DNA of 64,000 bases from Gemmatimonadales bacterium. GTDB taxonomy: Bacteria; Gemmatimonadota; Gemmatimonadetes; Gemmatimonadales; GWC2-71-9. Shown one piece after another: positions 1 to 8,262 of the stretch. Position 1 is the first letter of the stretch. Each line of letters starts with the position of its first letter. The notes under the pieces were generated by a model. It saw only the letters and a program-made list of their open reading frames with translations, searched no databases and was not told where the DNA came from. The stretch is from NCBI GenBank assembly GCA_965249575.1, contig OZ252244.1, positions 1,824,001 to 1,888,000 of the forward strand. Reading direction: 5' to 3'. A program made the translations under genes and the position numbers.

Positions 1-564
1 GGCAACGGTAAACGTGTGCGGCGGCAGCTCGAGCTCGCGCTCGATCACCCGCACGAACATGTCCGATTCGCCGGTGTCGCTGAGGACGAACGGCTACTGG
101 CGGAATACGAAGTCCTGGGGTTCGCGGCCTCCGGGCATCCACTGAAACTGTTGCGGGGAACCCTCCCATCGAGCGTGGTGCCGAGCACCACGCTCGCGTC
201 GATCGAACACGGCGCGACGGTCGACGTCGCCGGCATGGCCGTCGCCCGTCAGCGGCCCAGTACGGCAAAGGGGTTCGTGTTCCTGCTCATCGAAGACGAG
301 GGAGGGATGATCAACGTGATCGTCAGGCCAGACGTCTACGAGCGGGACCGCGTAGTCGTCCGAGGAGAGCCTTTCGTGTGGGTAACCGGCAAGCTCGCCA
401 AGGATGACGGAACGCTCAACGTCATCGCCGAAGTCGTGAGGCCCCTGAAAGTGAAAGTGGCGCGAACGATGCCGGAGGTCCCGCCTCAGGCCGCGTCGCG
501 TACTCCCTACTCGTTCCTCAAGACGATGCGCAGCGTGGCCCCCGGCTCGAAGGACTGGGGCTAG
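1..564 (+). CDS. dnaE2: Error-prone DNA polymerase III alpha (DnaE2), C-terminal part; 5' truncated by window
   Basis: Frame is open from base 1. OB-fold motif QRPSTAKGFVFLLIEDEGG; C-terminal SKDWG resembles the DnaE2 SRDF tail. Confidence 0.8.
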   Translation, partial: GNGKRVRRQLELALDHPHEHVRFAGVAEDERLLAEYEVLGFAASGHPLKLLRGTLPSSVVPSTTLASIEHGATVDVAGMAVARQRPSTAKGFVFLLIEDEGGMINVIVRPDVYERDRVVVRGEPFVWVTGKLAKDDGTLNVIAEVVRPLKVKVARTMPEVPPQAASRTPYSFLKTMRSVAPGSKDWG

Positions 565-605
565 TATAACGTCGCTGACTGCGAATGAAGGCCCAGCACG
601 ACCCG

Positions 606-1823
606 TCAGGCCGGTACTTCCAGCCCCTTGGTCGCGAGAATGCGCTCGATCGCCTCGCCGATCTTGTTGTTGGGTGTCGAAGCGCCAGCGGTGATACCGA
701 CGGTCAAGGCAGGTGCGTCGAGCCACCCCGACTCCTCGACCTCGCCGTCGCCGGCGCCGCCGCCGCCGCCGCCGCCGACAGGTTTGAAGCGAATCGTGCC
801 GGATTCGGGGTCGATACACGACGCGTCGGAAATGTGATAGCTCCGACGCTTCGACGAGCAGATCCGGGCGAGGTTGTTCGTGTTGCTCGAGTTGTAGCCG
901 CCGATCACTACCATGATGTCGAGCGGCTCCTCGATCAGATCGATCACGGCGTCCTGCCGTTCCTGGGTAGCCGAGCAAATCGTATCGAAGTTCCGAAGGT
1001 GCTCATCCAGACTGCTCTCTCCGTAGCGTGTGGCCATCGCCTTGCCGATCCGCTCTCCAATGGCAAGCGACTCGGTGGCAAGCATCGTCGTTTGATTGGC
1101 CAGCCCCGCCCGCTCGAGATCCCGTGAAAAATCGAACCCCTCGGACACCTTGTCCCGAAACCGCTCCGTCAACGGATCCGGGTCGGCGTCGTCCTCGATG
1201 AAGCGACAGACCATTTCGGCTTCGTTCATGTTCCTGACGATCAGGTACCTCCCTCCCGCAATCCTGGTTACCTGGCTGACGGTGGCCTTCGTCTCCTCAT
1301 GGAAGTGCTTGCCGTGCACGATCGCCGTGAACCCCTCTTTGGCATATCGTTCCACCCGCTTCCACACGTTCAGCACCGAGCCGCACGTGGTATCCACCAG
1401 CACGCAGCCCTTCTCGCGAAGCAGCTCGAAATCCTCCACGGTTACGCCAAACGCCGGGATCAGCACGACGTCGTCGGTCACGACCTTCTGGAAATCGAAA
1501 CCGCCGGTATCGCCTCGCTCGACGATGGTGATCCCCATGCTCTCGAGCTTTCGATTCACGTGCGGGTTGTGGATGATCTCCCCAACGAGAAACAGCCGTT
1601 TCCCCGGGAACTTCTTCCGCGTCTCGTAGGCATACTCGACCGCGCGGTCGACGCCGTAGCAGAACCCGAACACCTTCGCCAAACGCACGGTGACGGTGCC
1701 AACGGTGAGACCGTGGCCGTCTTCGCGAATGCGCTCGACCAACTGGCTGTGGTAATCGGCCGACAGTTCGTCGGCGATGTCGCGCCGGAGTCCGAAACCC
1801 TTTCGGAAATACGTCTGTTCCAT
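606..1823 (-). CDS. ispH: 4-hydroxy-3-methylbut-2-enyl diphosphate reductase (long form with N-terminal extension)
   Basis: FGFCYGVDRA, EIIHNP, DTTC, NQTT, TICSATQERQ, SSNT and TAGASTP motifs. Start taken at MEQTYFRKGFG (ATG 1823). Confidence 0.95.
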   Translation of the reverse strand: MEQTYFRKGFGLRRDIADELSADYHSQLVERIREDGHGLTVGTVTVRLAKVFGFCYGVDRAVEYAYETRKKFPGKRLFLVGEIIHNPHVNRKLESMGITIVERGDTGGFDFQKVVTDDVVLIPAFGVTVEDFELLREKGCVLVDTTCGSVLNVWKRVERYAKEGFTAIVHGKHFHEETKATVSQVTRIAGGRYLIVRNMNEAEMVCRFIEDDADPDPLTERFRDKVSEGFDFSRDLERAGLANQTTMLATESLAIGERIGKAMATRYGESSLDEHLRNFDTICSATQERQDAVIDLIEEPLDIMVVIGGYNSSNTNNLARICSSKRRSYHISDASCIDPESGTIRFKPVGGGGGGGAGDGEVEESGWLDAPALTVGITAGASTPNNKIGEAIERILATKGLEVPA

Positions 1824-1833
1824 GCCGTCCAAT

Positions 1834-2481
1834 CTAACCGGCGGCTGGGGTCCCCGCCGTGCGTTCCCCGCCCACGGTCTTACTGTCGGCCCCGGCGGGT
1901 GCGCAGGTCCCGTCGTCGAACTGCCCGACCGGGATTCCCTCGAAGGCACCAAAGAGGGTGGCGGAGGTGTCCACACTGACCTCGTCCAGGTTCAGGGTGA
2001 GGCGTCCGCTCAGACGATCGCCGACCTCGTCGAGCTCGACTCCTCCGCTCAGCGCGCGAAACCCGAACGATCCGGTCGTTTGATAGAGTTGAACGGCCGC
2101 GAGTGCTCCGGGAACCGGAACGACGCTGTCCCCGGGGACGTACACGGGGTACGTGCCCGGGACCACTCCCTCTTCCGGCAGCCGAAGCACGATCACCGCC
2201 CCGGCACCACCCTCCTCCGCCTCGATGATCAACACCGGCTGGCCGGGGCAGGTGCCCGCTTTCGCCTCCCACGAGCCTCCGAGCTTCGGGAAGTCCGGGC
2301 TCACCGCCACGAGCTGGCCTCGCCCCACCACCGCACCCGCCAGCGGGTCGCCCGCCGGAGCTGGTGCGGTAGTCGACTCTGCGGCTTGCCCGACGTCCGA
2401 CGGCGCGCCGACATCACCGCCCGCACTCGCGCCATCACCGCATCCGATACAGACGCACGCGACGAGCGCGGCCTTCTTCAT
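1834..2481 (-). CDS. Hypothetical lipoprotein
   Basis: MKKAALVACVCIGC lipoprotein-like signal; 4-bp overlap with the upstream thioesterase gene. Confidence 0.65.
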   Translation of the reverse strand: MKKAALVACVCIGCGDGASAGGDVGAPSDVGQAAESTTAPAPAGDPLAGAVVGRGQLVAVSPDFPKLGGSWEAKAGTCPGQPVLIIEAEEGGAGAVIVLRLPEEGVVPGTYPVYVPGDSVVPVPGALAAVQLYQTTGSFGFRALSGGVELDEVGDRLSGRLTLNLDEVSVDTSATLFGAFEGIPVGQFDDGTCAPAGADSKTVGGERTAGTPAAG

Positions 2482-2948
2482 GGCGCATCCGGCGGCCCGA
2501 CGCCGAGGAATTGGCGGGCGGCCTCAGCCGTACAGGTGAACGGCTCGAGGAGCGCCCGCAGCTCCTTCGGAATCGGGCGCGGCTTGAGTGAGACCCGGTC
2601 GGTGCATACCAGCACTTCGTGACCTGCCGCCGCGAGCCGCTTGGGCTCGACATGCAGCACGTCGAAGCTGATCGATATCGAGCTCGTCCCAAAGCGGGTG
2701 AAGTAGACCGCAACCTGTAGGCGGTCGTCCAGCCGCGCCGGGTACTCGAAATCGCAGTCGAGATGTGCCCTGGGGAGCCACATGTCGAAGCGGTCGAAGA
2801 CCTCGCCGTACGGGATCCCAGCCGACCGGAACAGCTCGGTCTCCGCGATCTCGAAAAAACGGACGTACGCCCCGTAGAAAATGATCCCGGCGAAGTCCAC
2901 GTCGGACCAGCGGACGTAATCGTCAATCACAAAGGGCTTCGAAGACAT
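2478..2948 (-). CDS. Acyl-CoA thioesterase (4HBT/YbgC family, hot-dog fold)
   Basis: VRWSDVDFAGIIFYGAYVRFFEIAE motif. Confidence 0.9.
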   Translation of the reverse strand: MSSKPFVIDDYVRWSDVDFAGIIFYGAYVRFFEIAETELFRSAGIPYGEVFDRFDMWLPRAHLDCDFEYPARLDDRLQVAVYFTRFGTSSISISFDVLHVEPKRLAAAGHEVLVCTDRVSLKPRPIPKELRALLEPFTCTAEAARQFLGVGPPDAP

Positions 2949-3018
2949 CGAGTGAACGTAGGTGGGGGATGGAACCTGCGGAAGTGGATGAGGGGGAAGA
3001 GGCGCCGGGGGTGAGGCC

Positions 3019-3486
3019 CTACCCTATGCCCGAGCCGCGTCGATTGCGCGCAAGGCCGTACTGCCGGAGCCTCCGCCAGAGGGTGGTCCGGGAGATGCCC
3101 AGCCTTCGAGCAGCCTTCGTGAGCTTCCAGTTGGTGGCCGCGAGGGCTTCGAGTATCGCTTCTCGCTCCCGGTCGGCCAGCCGAGCGAGGGTCGGGATGC
3201 GCAGAACGTAGATCGCCAAGGCGTCATCGGCGGGCGTCCCGTAGAGCCTCCGGGCCCTGACCCCCCGAAGACCCGCCTTCGCGAGTGCAGCCGCCTCAGT
3301 CAGCCCTACAAGCTCCCCTTTGTCGGTCAGCACGGAACGCGCGGCGTGGTTGGCGTAGACCATCGCGCCACGATCGCCAAACACGACCAGGCCCTCGCTG
3401 ACCGAATCCAGCAACGTCCCAGCCAAACGCCCGACTATGTCGGTGGCCGATCCCAACCCGGGCTCCCGAGACTCCGAATAGCTCAT
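3019..3486 (-). CDS. PAS-like plus Fis-type HTH (HTH_8) regulator
   Basis: LLDSVSEGLVVFG...YANHAA (PAS start) and EREAILEALAATNWKLTKAARRLGISRTTLWRRL (Fis HTH). Start at MSYSES is inferred. Confidence 0.8.
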   Translation of the reverse strand: MSYSESREPGLGSATDIVGRLAGTLLDSVSEGLVVFGDRGAMVYANHAARSVLTDKGELVGLTEAAALAKAGLRGVRARRLYGTPADDALAIYVLRIPTLARLADREREAILEALAATNWKLTKAARRLGISRTTLWRRLRQYGLARNRRGSGIG

Positions 3487-3607
3487 CCAACGCAGATACG
3501 ACCGATTCGGTGGGGGAGTTTCGAAGGCCCCGCGGGTCGTGTCGCTGCAACCCGAACCCCAGCTACCTTCACGAGGCCCGGGCGCAATCCCCCATCCCGC
3601 GGTATAT

Positions 3608-3627
3608 TTGACTGTCCAGACAGTCAT
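3608..3627. promoter_or_regulatory. Palindromic operator upstream of tetR (probable TetR site)
   Basis: TTGACTGTCCAGACAGTCAT has 8-bp arms TGACTGTC/GACAGTCA and ends 18 bp before the tetR ATG. Confidence 0.7.
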
Positions 3628-3645
3628 TTACTGTGGAGGCGGTTC

Positions 3646-4227
3646 ATGGCTAGATCGTCAGGGGATTCTAAGGCCCGTATTCTGGCCGCAGCGGAGTCCC
3701 AGCTGCGGGAACGGGGTGCGGCAAGCTTGACCATAGATGCCGTAGCACGCGAGGCTCGGTGTGCTAAGGGCCTTGTTACGTATCACTTCTCGAGCAAGGC
3801 ACGGCTGCTGGCCGCGGCGGTCGACCAGATGCTGGCCGGGCGTGAGGATCGCTGGGAGGCCGCCCTTAGCGGGTCAACGCCAGATGCCGCGATCAAGAAG
3901 AGCTGGGCGCTATTGGATTCCGAGGCGGGCGACGGCGTCTGGCGTGCGTGGAGCTCGCTGCTCTCTGGCGGTGATAAATTGACTGTTCAGACAGTCAATA
4001 ATGCCACCGAGCGTTTTACCCGAACCGTTACGAGAGCGATCGGGACCCTCCTGGATGACCAGGGGCTTGGGCTTCGAGCATCGGTCAACGAGGTCGGTAG
4101 GCTTGTAGCGGCGAGTGTGCACGGCCTGAGCCTTCATCTCGCGTCCGGGGGTCATGCAGAGGAGCTCGAAGGCGCCTACTACGCCCTTTGGGTCGGGGTT
4201 CTGGCGCTCACGGAGCCGGCCCGGTGA
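3646..4227 (+). CDS. TetR/AcrR family transcriptional regulator
   Basis: ILAAAE...LTIDAVAREARCAKGLVTYHFSSK HTH; GGAGG SD before ATG 3646. Confidence 0.92.
   Translation: MARSSGDSKARILAAAESQLRERGAASLTIDAVAREARCAKGLVTYHFSSKARLLAAAVDQMLAGREDRWEAALSGSTPDAAIKKSWALLDSEAGDGVWRAWSSLLSGGDKLTVQTVNNATERFTRTVTRAIGTLLDDQGLGLRASVNEVGRLVAASVHGLSLHLASGGHAEELEGAYYALWVGVLALTEPAR
3979..3998. promoter_or_regulatory. Second copy of the TetR operator palindrome, inside the tetR CDS
   Basis: TTGACTGTTCAGACAGTCAA is 18/20 identical to 3608-3627. Confidence 0.6.
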
Positions 4228-4233
4228 TGCCGG

Positions 4234-6786
4234 CTAGCGCCAGCGGGTACGGTGCCGGCGGTGTTTGTGTCGCTTGGGAGTGGACCGCGCGGCCCGCTTC
4301 AGGTCGTTCAGGGAATCGGCTCGAACGGTACCTTTGCTCCCCCGAACCAACCCAAACCTGAGCGGGCGATCGACGCTGGGGAGGTCGCGCTCACGGAGCC
4401 GGCGGGCCTGTCCTTCCCGCACGTTGAGTCGCACGACTCCGAGCTCCCCTTCCAGCTCGTAGCGCAGCGGCACTCGATCGCCAAGAACATGAGTCGACGA
4501 GGGCAATGCCTCCAACTGGGTGCGTGTCTCCTCGGGAACTAGCTCGGTCACGTCGAGCTCAACGGCCGTCGACAGAAACTCCTCGTAGGTCCGAACGTCG
4601 GAGAATTGTGCGCCCAGCAGGCCGCGAACCCGTTCCGGATCTGCCTCTTCCAGTGTGCCCCCAGACCGGCGCCAGTACTCGTCGAGCCGCGATACGGACC
4701 GCGCGACGGCCTTCTGCGAGGGATGGGGGGTCTGATCCTTTAGCAGTGCAGTCACGAGCGCCTCGCGCGCCCGATCTGCCAGGTCAGCCGGGAATTCCCC
4801 GGACATCGGCTTGCGCTCGCGATCCAAGACGAAGCCCGCATACTCGGTCTCGTGGGTCACCATGAGCCCCAGGTGACGGCGGCCGTCGTGAAACTCGACT
4901 CCCGGGCGGCCGGTCTTCGCGTACTTGCGCACCAGCTCCAGGGAGATGTTCGACCCCTCGATGGCCGCCCGGGGCACGCCGAACTTGTCGGCGAAGTAGC
5001 GGACGGTGCCGCAGACCGCTCCGTTCGGGCTCGCGACCGATCCGCGGGAAACGCGCACGGGAGCCCCATCGGCCAGTTGCTGGTCGATGGCCAGACTGAA
5101 CGGGGCCACCTTGGCCAGCACGTCGCGGAACCGGCGCGCGGCTGCTGCTCCCGCGTGTGGCAGCTTGGCCGGAAGCTGCACCTCGAGCGATCGGTAGACC
5201 GACGCCGTACCGAGAGCGATGTCCTCGATCGCCTTGATCAACACGCCGTGCTCCGCGGCCCAGTCCTCCATCTCGTCTGCGAACAGGTGGCGTGGCAGTC
5301 CGTAGACTCTGCCGACGTAGCCGAACTCCTTGACCGCCGTCGCGAAGATGTTGTAGGCGGTCAGATGGTCGCTGCCAGGAACGATGAAAGGCCGGATGTT
5401 GCGGGGGTCGCGCGTCATTCTGTGTAAGGAATCGATGTTGGATGAAACAGCGACGAACGGGATCAGGTCCTCATCGGCCTGAACCAGCAGCTCGCCCCAC
5501 GGCCGGTCTACGGGCATCGCCTCGATGTCCCGCCCGTATGCCGTCAACCGGCCCTTCTCCACGATCCCGCGTTCCTCGAGACGCTGCATCGTCCTGCGGT
5601 AGGCTCTCCGATCGAGCGGAACCGGCAGCTCGAGATCCGACAAGTCGATCCCAATCGCCGCCGCGGTGAGCGCCACACGCTCGACGTCGCCCGCGAGCTG
5701 GAACTCCGGCGGTGTCGGTTTCAGCGACCCGAAATCGAGGTCGCGGTCGGTGAGAATGTGGACCTCGCCACTCTGAACGCGCCCGTGCACGCGCCCGGCC
5801 ATCTGGAGAATCTCGTTGGCCCCCAGATGCTGGCGCGTGAGCACGTTGGTCGCGCCCTCGACGATATTCGTGTAGCGCGCGTCATAGATCACGACGGTAT
5901 CGAGTCCTGGAACGTTGAGCGCGGACTGGCCGGCGGCCGTCATCGCAAGCAGGAACGGCTTCGAGACGTCGCCTTCCAGGAACGGCCGGATGACCCGGAT
6001 CGGCTCCCCGCCGTGGTAGAACGCGGTGTCGAGCTGGATCCATCGCTCGCCCACGTCGGCGGCGACTTCCTCGACCTCTGCGCGGGTGGGAACGAACACT
6101 GCGACGCCTCGCTGCTGGCGCACCACGCGACGAACGAAGTGGTCGTTCAGGAACTGGCGCGGGGTGCGAGGATGATAGGACACCTTGGCCGAGAGCGCCG
6201 GGTCGAACGCCGTGGTCTCGAGCACGTCGGCCGAATCGAGGTAGCGCGCGTAGAAGACGGGATCCACGGTGGCTGACAGCCAGATGAACCGGCACCCGAT
6301 TCGCTTGCCGAGTGCCAGGCACAGTTCGAGCTCCGCGGACGTCTGGTGGATCTCGTCCGCCACGATCGTGTCCTGCGCCGCGATCAGATCGTCCTGAAAC
6401 CAACGGCGGGCGATGCCGGTGGTGACGATCACGACGTTCCAGGTCGGCGTTTCGGGAGTGGCTTCCCGTTCCCGGTTAACCACTCCGATTTTGAGCGGCG
6501 CCTTCAGGATCTCCTCGGCCACGGGCCGGATGCTCAACGTCTTCCCGGTGCCGGTGCCGGCCACGATCCCAAAACCCAGCCGCTGGCGGGCCAGCGTTCG
6601 AATCTCGTCACCGTGCTCCCGCTCGAGCACCGTTTCGAGCTCGAGGCCGAGCGCCAACTCGATCGTCTCGCAGGCGGCCCGGGTCGGAGCGATCACGATG
6701 ATCCGCCCGGTGGAGGGCTCTGCCTTTCGAAAGGCCTCGGGATCCGGCGGGAGGGCGTGATCTCGGGGATGGGAAGCTGGACTCAC
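4234..6786 (-). CDS. DExH-box SF2 helicase (HrpA/HrpB-like)
   Basis: AGTGTGKT, DEIH, SAT, VFVPTRAE, QMAGRVHGR, and HA2-like GRLTAYGRDIEAMPVD. Confidence 0.88.
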   Translation of the reverse strand: MSPASHPRDHALPPDPEAFRKAEPSTGRIIVIAPTRAACETIELALGLELETVLEREHGDEIRTLARQRLGFGIVAGTGTGKTLSIRPVAEEILKAPLKIGVVNREREATPETPTWNVVIVTTGIARRWFQDDLIAAQDTIVADEIHQTSAELELCLALGKRIGCRFIWLSATVDPVFYARYLDSADVLETTAFDPALSAKVSYHPRTPRQFLNDHFVRRVVRQQRGVAVFVPTRAEVEEVAADVGERWIQLDTAFYHGGEPIRVIRPFLEGDVSKPFLLAMTAAGQSALNVPGLDTVVIYDARYTNIVEGATNVLTRQHLGANEILQMAGRVHGRVQSGEVHILTDRDLDFGSLKPTPPEFQLAGDVERVALTAAAIGIDLSDLELPVPLDRRAYRRTMQRLEERGIVEKGRLTAYGRDIEAMPVDRPWGELLVQADEDLIPFVAVSSNIDSLHRMTRDPRNIRPFIVPGSDHLTAYNIFATAVKEFGYVGRVYGLPRHLFADEMEDWAAEHGVLIKAIEDIALGTASVYRSLEVQLPAKLPHAGAAAARRFRDVLAKVAPFSLAIDQQLADGAPVRVSRGSVASPNGAVCGTVRYFADKFGVPRAAIEGSNISLELVRKYAKTGRPGVEFHDGRRHLGLMVTHETEYAGFVLDRERKPMSGEFPADLADRAREALVTALLKDQTPHPSQKAVARSVSRLDEYWRRSGGTLEEADPERVRGLLGAQFSDVRTYEEFLSTAVELDVTELVPEETRTQLEALPSSTHVLGDRVPLRYELEGELGVVRLNVREGQARRLRERDLPSVDRPLRFGLVRGSKGTVRADSLNDLKRAARSTPKRHKHRRHRTRWR

Positions 6787-6825
6787 CAGAGGAAGATACC
6801 GAGGGTGGTCATCGCGGGCTCGCCC

Positions 6826-7905
6826 TCAATCGCCCAGCGCTATTCCCAGCTCCCGCGCTGTCTGGATGGAATCGCTGCTCAGCGGAACGCACTTTGAGCG
6901 GTTCACCGATTTCGAAAGCGGCACAGTCACCACCTCCGGGGGGTCCAAGGCCACCATGTGGCCGAACTGTTTCTGGGCCGCGGCGCGAACCGCGGCAACT
7001 CCAAAACGGAGCGCTAGTAGGCGGTCGAACGTCGTCGGGGAGCCGCCGCGCTGGAGGTGGCCGAGCGTGAGTGTGCGCGTGTCCTTTCCGGTCCCCTGGG
7101 CGATCTCCGTGGCGAGCGTCTCGCCAATCCCTCCGAGTCGCTCGAGGGCGCCGGCCCCACCCGCCTCCTTGACTATCGGCCGGCCGCCTTGCGGAGCGGC
7201 TCCCTCGGCAACCACGACCATACTGAAATGCCTTCCGTGTGCCTCCCGGTCGCGGATCTTCGCGCACACCCTCTCGATGTCGTAGGGGATCTCGGGGATC
7301 AGGATGACGTCGGCGCTCCCGGCGAGCCCGGAATTGAGCGCAATCCATCCGGCGTAGCGTCCCATCACCTCGACGATCATCACCCGATCGTGGCTCTCCG
7401 CCGTCGAGTGCAGTTTGTCGATCGCCTCTGTAGCCGTGCTCACCGCGGTGTCGAAGCCAAACGTGACGACCGTGCCGGCCACGTCGTTATCGATCGTTTT
7501 TGGGACGCCGACGATCGGAAGGCCGCGCTTCCAAAGCTCATATCCGATCCCGAGGGTCCCGTCGCCACCGACCAGGATGAGGCACTCCAGTCCGTGGCGC
7601 CCGAACGCATCGAGGACTTCGTCCGAGCGATCGATTTCGGACGTGGTTCCATCGGGCTGCTTGACCGGCCAGCCGAAGGGATCCCCCCGGTTGGTAGTAC
7701 GGAGGATTGTGCCGCCGAGATGGGTGATCCCCCGCACGCTCTCGCGTCTCAACGGAATCAACTCACCCTCACCCAACAGCCCCCCGAACCCCCGCTCCAC
7801 ACCGAGTACCTCCCAACCGCGGTAGTGGGCCGCGAGCACCACACTGCGGATCACCGCGTTCAGACCCGGCGCATCCCCGCCACCGGTCGAAATCGCGATT
7901 CGCAC
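6826..7905 (-). CDS. pfkA: 6-phosphofructokinase (PfkA family)
   Basis: TGGGDAPGLNA, GGTIL, GGDGT, PKTIDND, EVMGR and LGHLQRGG motifs. Confidence 0.95.
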   Translation of the reverse strand: MRIAISTGGGDAPGLNAVIRSVVLAAHYRGWEVLGVERGFGGLLGEGELIPLRRESVRGITHLGGTILRTTNRGDPFGWPVKQPDGTTSEIDRSDEVLDAFGRHGLECLILVGGDGTLGIGYELWKRGLPIVGVPKTIDNDVAGTVVTFGFDTAVSTATEAIDKLHSTAESHDRVMIVEVMGRYAGWIALNSGLAGSADVILIPEIPYDIERVCAKIRDREAHGRHFSMVVVAEGAAPQGGRPIVKEAGGAGALERLGGIGETLATEIAQGTGKDTRTLTLGHLQRGGSPTTFDRLLALRFGVAAVRAAAQKQFGHMVALDPPEVVTVPLSKSVNRSKCVPLSSDSIQTARELGIALGD

Positions 7906-7911
7906 GCCGCC

Positions 7912-8142
7912 CTATGCCTTCCGGCGACGCAAGAGCCGGATGACCTCGCCCGATTTGGCATGCCTTCCGAGGCTCGCCTTGGAAAAGATGAGATCCCCGT
8001 CCACTGCCACTTCGAATACTCCCCCCGACCCCTCGACGAGCTTGACGTCCGCGTCGGGATATTCCGCCTTCAACTCGGCCGCCAGACCGGCGGCCCGTGG
8101 CTCATAGTTTCAAACCACGCAGTACTGAATCGTGACTAGCAT
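7912..8142 (-). CDS. Rdx-family (SelW/SelT/SelH-like) selenoprotein, 76 aa, CxxU; UGA at 8110-8112 read as Sec
   Basis: Manual translation MLVTIQYCVV(U)NYEPRAAGLAAELKAEYPDADVKLVEGSGGVFEVAVDGDLIFSKASLGRHAKSGEVIRLLRRRKA. AGGAGG SD; Rdx motifs I.YCxxU and GGVFEV.VDG..IFSK. Confidence 0.88.
8077..8095 (-). promoter_or_regulatory. Bacterial SECIS-like hairpin
   Basis: mRNA GGCCGCC-GGUCU-GGCGGCC: perfect 7-bp stem with a G-first loop, starting 14 nt 3' of the UGA. Confidence 0.75.
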
Positions 8143-8262
8143 GGCCCCTCCTGCCGTTCTTCAGGGATAAGCTAACCGGGCCGGCGGCCCGTCCGCAGGT
8201 GGCGCGCCTCGCAGTTTCCACAGGCTTTCCCAACATTCACGTTTGCACTGAGCTTGGAGACC

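Noticed and set aside
7057..8139. 360-aa plus-strand ORF, and many similar long antisense ORFs across the window
   Set aside because: Shadow ORFs opposite well-supported genes (here pfkA and the selenoprotein), expected in GC-rich DNA; no recognisable motifs.
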